DNA of 64,000 bases from an uncultured delta proteobacterium (GTDB lineage Bacteria; Myxococcota_A; Polyangia; Polyangiales; JAFGIB01): assembly GCA_963778655.1 (NCBI GenBank), contig CAVZVA010000010.1, forward strand, positions 96,001 to 160,000, given 5' to 3'. Shown here one piece after another: positions 60,041 to 64,000 of the stretch (position 1 is its first letter; the number at the start of each line of letters is the position of its first letter). Made by a program: the position numbers and the translations under genes. The notes under the pieces are model-generated. The model was not told the DNA's origin and did not search any database. It saw nothing but the letters and a program-made list of their open reading frames with translations.

Positions 60041-61387
60041 ATGCTGCAGTCTGCTCCCGGTGCAAGGGGTCTGCCACTCCTCGGTCACGTTCCCTGGATG
60101 ATTCGAGATCCGATGCGCTTCCTCGCCGAGCTGTCGCGTCGCTACGGCGACGTGGCGGCGTTTCGCGTCGGCGCGCGGCCGCACGTGCTGATCAATCACC
60201 CGGAGCTGATCAGCCGCGTGCTGTGCAATCGCAGCTGCTCGAGAAGCGACGAGAGCCGCAAGGCGATGCGGTCGTTCCTCGGCGACGGACTACTCACGAC
60301 CGAGGGGCCGCTGCACCTCCAGCGCCGGCGCATGATGGCGCCCGCCTTTCATCGCGAACGCATTCGCGGCTACACCGAGCTGATGTGCGCCGAGACCTAC
60401 GCCGACATCGCGGGCTGGCGACCCGACGAGAAGCGCGACCTGCACAAGGACATGATGCGCATCACGTTCACGATCGTTACGCGGGCGCTGTTCAGCGCCG
60501 ACAGGCGCGACGACGCGCGGGAGGTCGAAAAAGCGCTCGCGGTGATCATGCCGTGGGCGATCCTCGGCGCCGCCATGGCGAACGTGCTTCCGTCGCTGCC
60601 GGTGATCTACCCGCTGCGCGCCAAGGCGGCGATCGCGCGGCTCAACCGCCTGGTGCTGGAGATCGTGGCGCACCGGCGCGCGGAGGGCGGCGACCGCGGC
60701 GACCTGCTCTCGATGCTGCTCGCGACACGCGACGAGGACGGAAGCGCGCTCACCGACCAGGACATCTGCGACGAAGCGCTCACGCTCATATTCGCCGGCC
60801 ACGACACGACCGCCAACACGCTGACCTGGGCGTGGCACCTGCTGACGGAGAATCCGGAGGTGCAGGAGGCGCTGTACCAGGAAGTGCAGCGCGTGGTCGG
60901 CGAGCGCGCGCTGACCCCCGAGGACCTGCCCAAACTTCCGCTCGCGGAGCAAGTCATCCACGAGACACTGCGCTTGTACCCGGTCATATGGATCGGCGAC
61001 CGCGTGCCGGAACAAGACATCGAGCTCGGCGGCTATGCGATACCCAAGGGCATCGGAGTCGTATTCTCGATGTACCTCATACAGCGCGACGAGCGCTTCT
61101 TCCCCGATCCGGAACGCTTCGACCCGGCGCGGTTCAGTCCCGCGCGCATCGGCAGCATCCCCGACGGCGCCTATTTCCCATTCGGCGCAGGCGTTCACAA
61201 GTGCATCGGCAGCACCTTCGCCCTGATGGAGGCGCGCATCATCCTGGCAGCGATGGTGCAGCGCTTCGCCATCTCCGCTATCCCCGGACACAAGGTGCGC
61301 AAAACCCGCGAACTCGTCATGACCCCTGTCGGCGGCTTCCCTGTCAGGCTCAGCGCGCGCAAGACTGGCGTCATGCGTTCGGCGTGA
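60041..61387 (+). CDS. Cytochrome P450
   Basis: FAGHDTTA (I-helix), ETLR, PERF and [10 protein letters not shown] (heme-ligand Cys). Confidence 0.95.
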   Translation: MLQSAPGARGLPLLGHVPWMIRDPMRFLAELSRRYGDVAAFRVGARPHVLINHPELISRVLCNRSCSRSDESRKAMRSFLGDGLLTTEGPLHLQRRRMMAPAFHRERIRGYTELMCAETYADIAGWRPDEKRDLHKDMMRITFTIVTRALFSADRRDDAREVEKALAVIMPWAILGAAMANVLPSLPVIYPLRAKAAIARLNRLVLEIVAHRRAEGGDRGDLLSMLLATRDEDGSALTDQDICDEALTLIFAGHDTTANTLTWAWHLLTENPEVQEALYQEVQRVVGERALTPEDLPKLPLAEQVIHETLRLYPVIWIGDRVPEQDIELGGYAIPKGIGVVFSMYLIQRDERFFPDPERFDPARFSPARIGSIPDGAYFPFGAGVHKCIGSTFALMEARIILAAMVQRFAISAIPGHKVRKTRELVMTPVGGFPVRLSARKTGVMRSA

Positions 61388-61904
61388 GCCCGTGCTTGGC
61401 GTGGCACTGGTGGATGCGCGGGTGGCGCTTCAGGTCCGCGAACTGCCGCGCTCTTCGATCTCGCGATCGTATTCCGGACGTACTCACTCGCCGGACCGGG
61501 GTCCGGCATCGTGCGCAGTCGATACCTCGCGGGGCGCGGGAGCGAGGCGCCGCCTACGCTCGGCTTGCCGCCCGCGCGGTGGAACACCAGCTGCGCGCGA
61601 TCGCGCGGTCCTTGTGATGCCGGCTTCGAACTTGTGCACGGTGTACACGGTCTGCGTGGAGCCTGAGGTCCACGAACCTGCATCCCCGGTGGAAAGCCGC
61701 TGGCGAATAAGGCGTTGTTATCCGGTGCGCCGTCGGCCGAGTACGTCATCGCGGCCGGGTCCAGGTTCGTCGTTCGCACCGCATTGTTGAGCGTCACGAG
61801 CACGCCGGCGCCGATGCAGTCGTGGTTCGCCATGCTGGTCGAGGCCACGACCATCACCGGGTCCGACGCGTAGAACAGCTCGGCTACAAGCACGCCGCTG
61901 CGCC

Positions 61905-62120
61905 TCATTCGATTTCAACAATCAGGCGCTCCGGGACAGTGACACAATCATCATGCCCGGCGATACGATCAAGACCACGTGCACGTACTCCAAGCCCTCC
62001 ATCTACGGCTTGGAGACCCAAGATGAGATGTGCTACGACGCCGTTCTCGCTTACTCACCGGGCTCCCTCACCCAACCTGGAATCGGTTCGGGGTTCTCGA
62101 GCAACCAGTGCACGAACTGA
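61905..62120 (+). pseudogene. Copper type II (PHM/DBH-like) monooxygenase C-terminal fragment
   Basis: FDFNNQ...PGDTIKTTCTY...GLETQDEMCY. Confidence 0.6.
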
Positions 62121-62125
62121 TTAGA

Positions 62126-63028
62126 TCAGCGCGCGGCCGGCTTGTCGGCGCTGATGATCAGGTAGTCCGTATTCATGCCCAGCTTATCGCCAGCCGCCTG
62201 CCAGGCATCCTGTTCCGCGGTGGACATCGGCTCGACGATGGCTTCTTCCATGGACTTACCGGCGCGGCGCAGCTTGGCGTAGCGTTGATGCTGCGGATTC
62301 ACGAAGTGGCCGATGGAGCGCATTTGTACGTTGACGAAGCCGACTCCCTCGAGCTTGCGCTTGAATTCGTTGCGGTCGTAATAGTTCTCGATCGGCTCGG
62401 CGAAGTGGTGGAGCGCCCAGCGTGCAGCGAGCCCTGGCTTCCCAGTCGGAGCGCCTTCTTTAGGACCAGCGTCCGCGATCGCCAAACGCCCGCCGGGTTT
62501 CAAGACGCGGAAAGCTTCTTGGAAGAATGCTTCGCGGGTGCGGAAGTGAAACGCACATTCGAGCGCGGTCACCTTGGTGAATGTCTCGCGGCGAAACGGG
62601 ATTTGCGTCGCGGAGCCCATCCCCAACGTGATGCGGCTCTCTAGCCCGCGTTCCTTCACGCGCTGGCGCGCGCGTTCGACTTGCATCGGCATGATGTTGA
62701 GACCGGTGATGTGACCGACGGCGTATTTCTCGAGCCAGAAGAAGTCTTGTTCGGCCAAGCCGTAACCGACATCGAGCTGCTCATCCTTCGAGTTTAGATC
62801 GGCGGCATCCCCAAGCAGTGTCGCCAACGCGCGACACGCTTCCGGATAGGTTTTCGCGTTCTCCCAATACCCGAGGTTCAACCACAGCGGCTTATCGACC
62901 TTGGCGAAGCCGTCCGATGTGCCTTCGACTACGTCGTCGCCGAGATACTCGTAGTAATCCTGGACAGTGCCGCGCAGAAAAAGGCTACGGAAGGTTATGC
63001 TGCCAACCGTCTTAAATGATTTCAGCAT
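62126..63028 (-). CDS. SAM-dependent methyltransferase (natural-product O/N-MT-like)
   Basis: WLNLGYW, LDVGYG, ALECAFHF and FRVLKPGG. Confidence 0.9.
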   Translation of the reverse strand: MLKSFKTVGSITFRSLFLRGTVQDYYEYLGDDVVEGTSDGFAKVDKPLWLNLGYWENAKTYPEACRALATLLGDAADLNSKDEQLDVGYGLAEQDFFWLEKYAVGHITGLNIMPMQVERARQRVKERGLESRITLGMGSATQIPFRRETFTKVTALECAFHFRTREAFFQEAFRVLKPGGRLAIADAGPKEGAPTGKPGLAARWALHHFAEPIENYYDRNEFKRKLEGVGFVNVQMRSIGHFVNPQHQRYAKLRRAGKSMEEAIVEPMSTAEQDAWQAAGDKLGMNTDYLIISADKPAAR

Positions 63029-63281
63029 CGTGAGTCGATTTATGCTGGATACTGCGCCTCGTCCACCAATAAGCGCATTCAGGATCCAGATAATCCGCTG
63101 TCACAAGTCGTCACAAGTTGTCTGAGCGAGATGACGACTCACATGCTCACCCAAAGGTTGGGACCCTTTGCATGATGCGTCGTCGGTTGTACTCACTGCG
63201 GCTCGTGGCCTCAAGCCCTAGCGGCGTGTGCGGTCGCGGAGTCGGGCGGGACGATAGGAAAGACAAACGCCGTCGGCTCTA

Positions 63282-63436
63282 GGCGACACTAACGCTCCCC
63301 CCCGATCCCTGGTCCAGCGCAGCGGATCCCAGATCCGGCGCGGCGGATCCCAAATCGGCGCGGCGGGCTCCAGGCGACATTAACGCTCCCCCCGATCCCT
63401 GGTCCAGCGCGGCGGATCCCAGATCCGGCGCGGCGG
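63282..63436. repeat. Tandem repeat: 91-bp unit containing about 21-bp subrepeats
   Basis: GGCGACA.TAACGCTCCCCCCGATCCCTGGTCCAGCGC at 63282 and 63373; GGATCCCAGATCCGGCGCGGC subunits. Confidence 0.8.
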
Positions 63437-63697
63437 GGCGCATTACCGGAGGGTGGTGCCGTGCCACAGGGGGATTTATCTCGCATCCCAATACTGGGAC
63501 TTTCCCGGCGCAGGACGAGCCTCGCCCGCCAGGGCACCCGCAAGGACAACCCTCTTGGGCCCCAGTGTCGCCACCCAGTCGGGCGCTGAACAGAACGTGG
63601 CTCGCCGAACGCTTACCGTGCAACCAATCTTTCGATCTCTCATCGCCGGCTACATTGGACGAAAGTATCGTCCGATACCTTCGTATACCGTCGGGGT

Positions 63698-63855
63698 TTA
63701 CTGGCGCGTAGGGGCGCTCAGCCCCAGTTGCCCGCCCATGTTGACCAGCTCGGCGAACGATGGTGCCTTGGTCTTGCGCATGACCTGACCACGATGCGCT
63801 TTGACCGTGATTTCGCTGATCCCGAGCCTGGCGTCGACTTGTTTGTACAGAAGGC
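63698..63855 (-). pseudogene. FixJ/LuxR-type HTH fragment
   Basis: GLLYKQV..RLGISEITVKAHRGQVMRK. Confidence 0.75.
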
Positions 63856-64000
63856 CCACGGGGCCTGGGTCCCCGAAAAGTGGTTCAGCCGAGGTCACGT
63901 TTTGACACGGGGGGCCCGGGTCCCAAAACTGATCCGCTCCAGAGCCTCAGTTAGCCGTCGCCTCAGAATCTCCGGCGGCTCGAACACGAATACTCGCTGG

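Noticed and set aside
1..64000. Integron cassette array explaining the mosaic
   Set aside because: No IntI-type integrase, no regularly spaced attC sites found by eye, and genes lie in both orientations.

Overview
High-GC window that looks like a myxobacterium (Polyangiales/Sorangium-like, inferred from many Cys-rich lipoproteins, a VWA lipoprotein and an ECF sigma/anti-sigma set). It is an accessory region in heavy decay. About 35 apparently intact genes are present: pyruvate kinase, BlaI/M56, selO, hydrolases, acyl-CoA enzymes, TA pairs, dodecin, a MOSC/cupin/flavoprotein/DJ-1 block, a P450 and a methyltransferase. They are interleaved with more than 20 short gene remnants and mobile-element scars (rve integrase-core elements, IS66, IS256, ISKra4, tyrosine recombinases). 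The most striking structures read from the DNA are four. (1) A 514-bp internally deleted group II intron with both ends intact (59178-59691) sits in a dispersed repeat next to a dif-like motif, and an intron-less copy of that repeat lies at 988-1090. (2) A miniature RAYT-derived element with inverted ends is tandemly amplified at 54045-54886, with another partial copy near 21.6 kb. (3) Two tRNA-Gly(GCC) 3'-half att scars are each followed by a small-protein plus nucleotidyltransferase pair. (4) A 167-bp MITE lies at 41587-41753. No CRISPR array, rRNA or complete tRNA was seen. All family calls come from motif recognition by eye, not from database searches.
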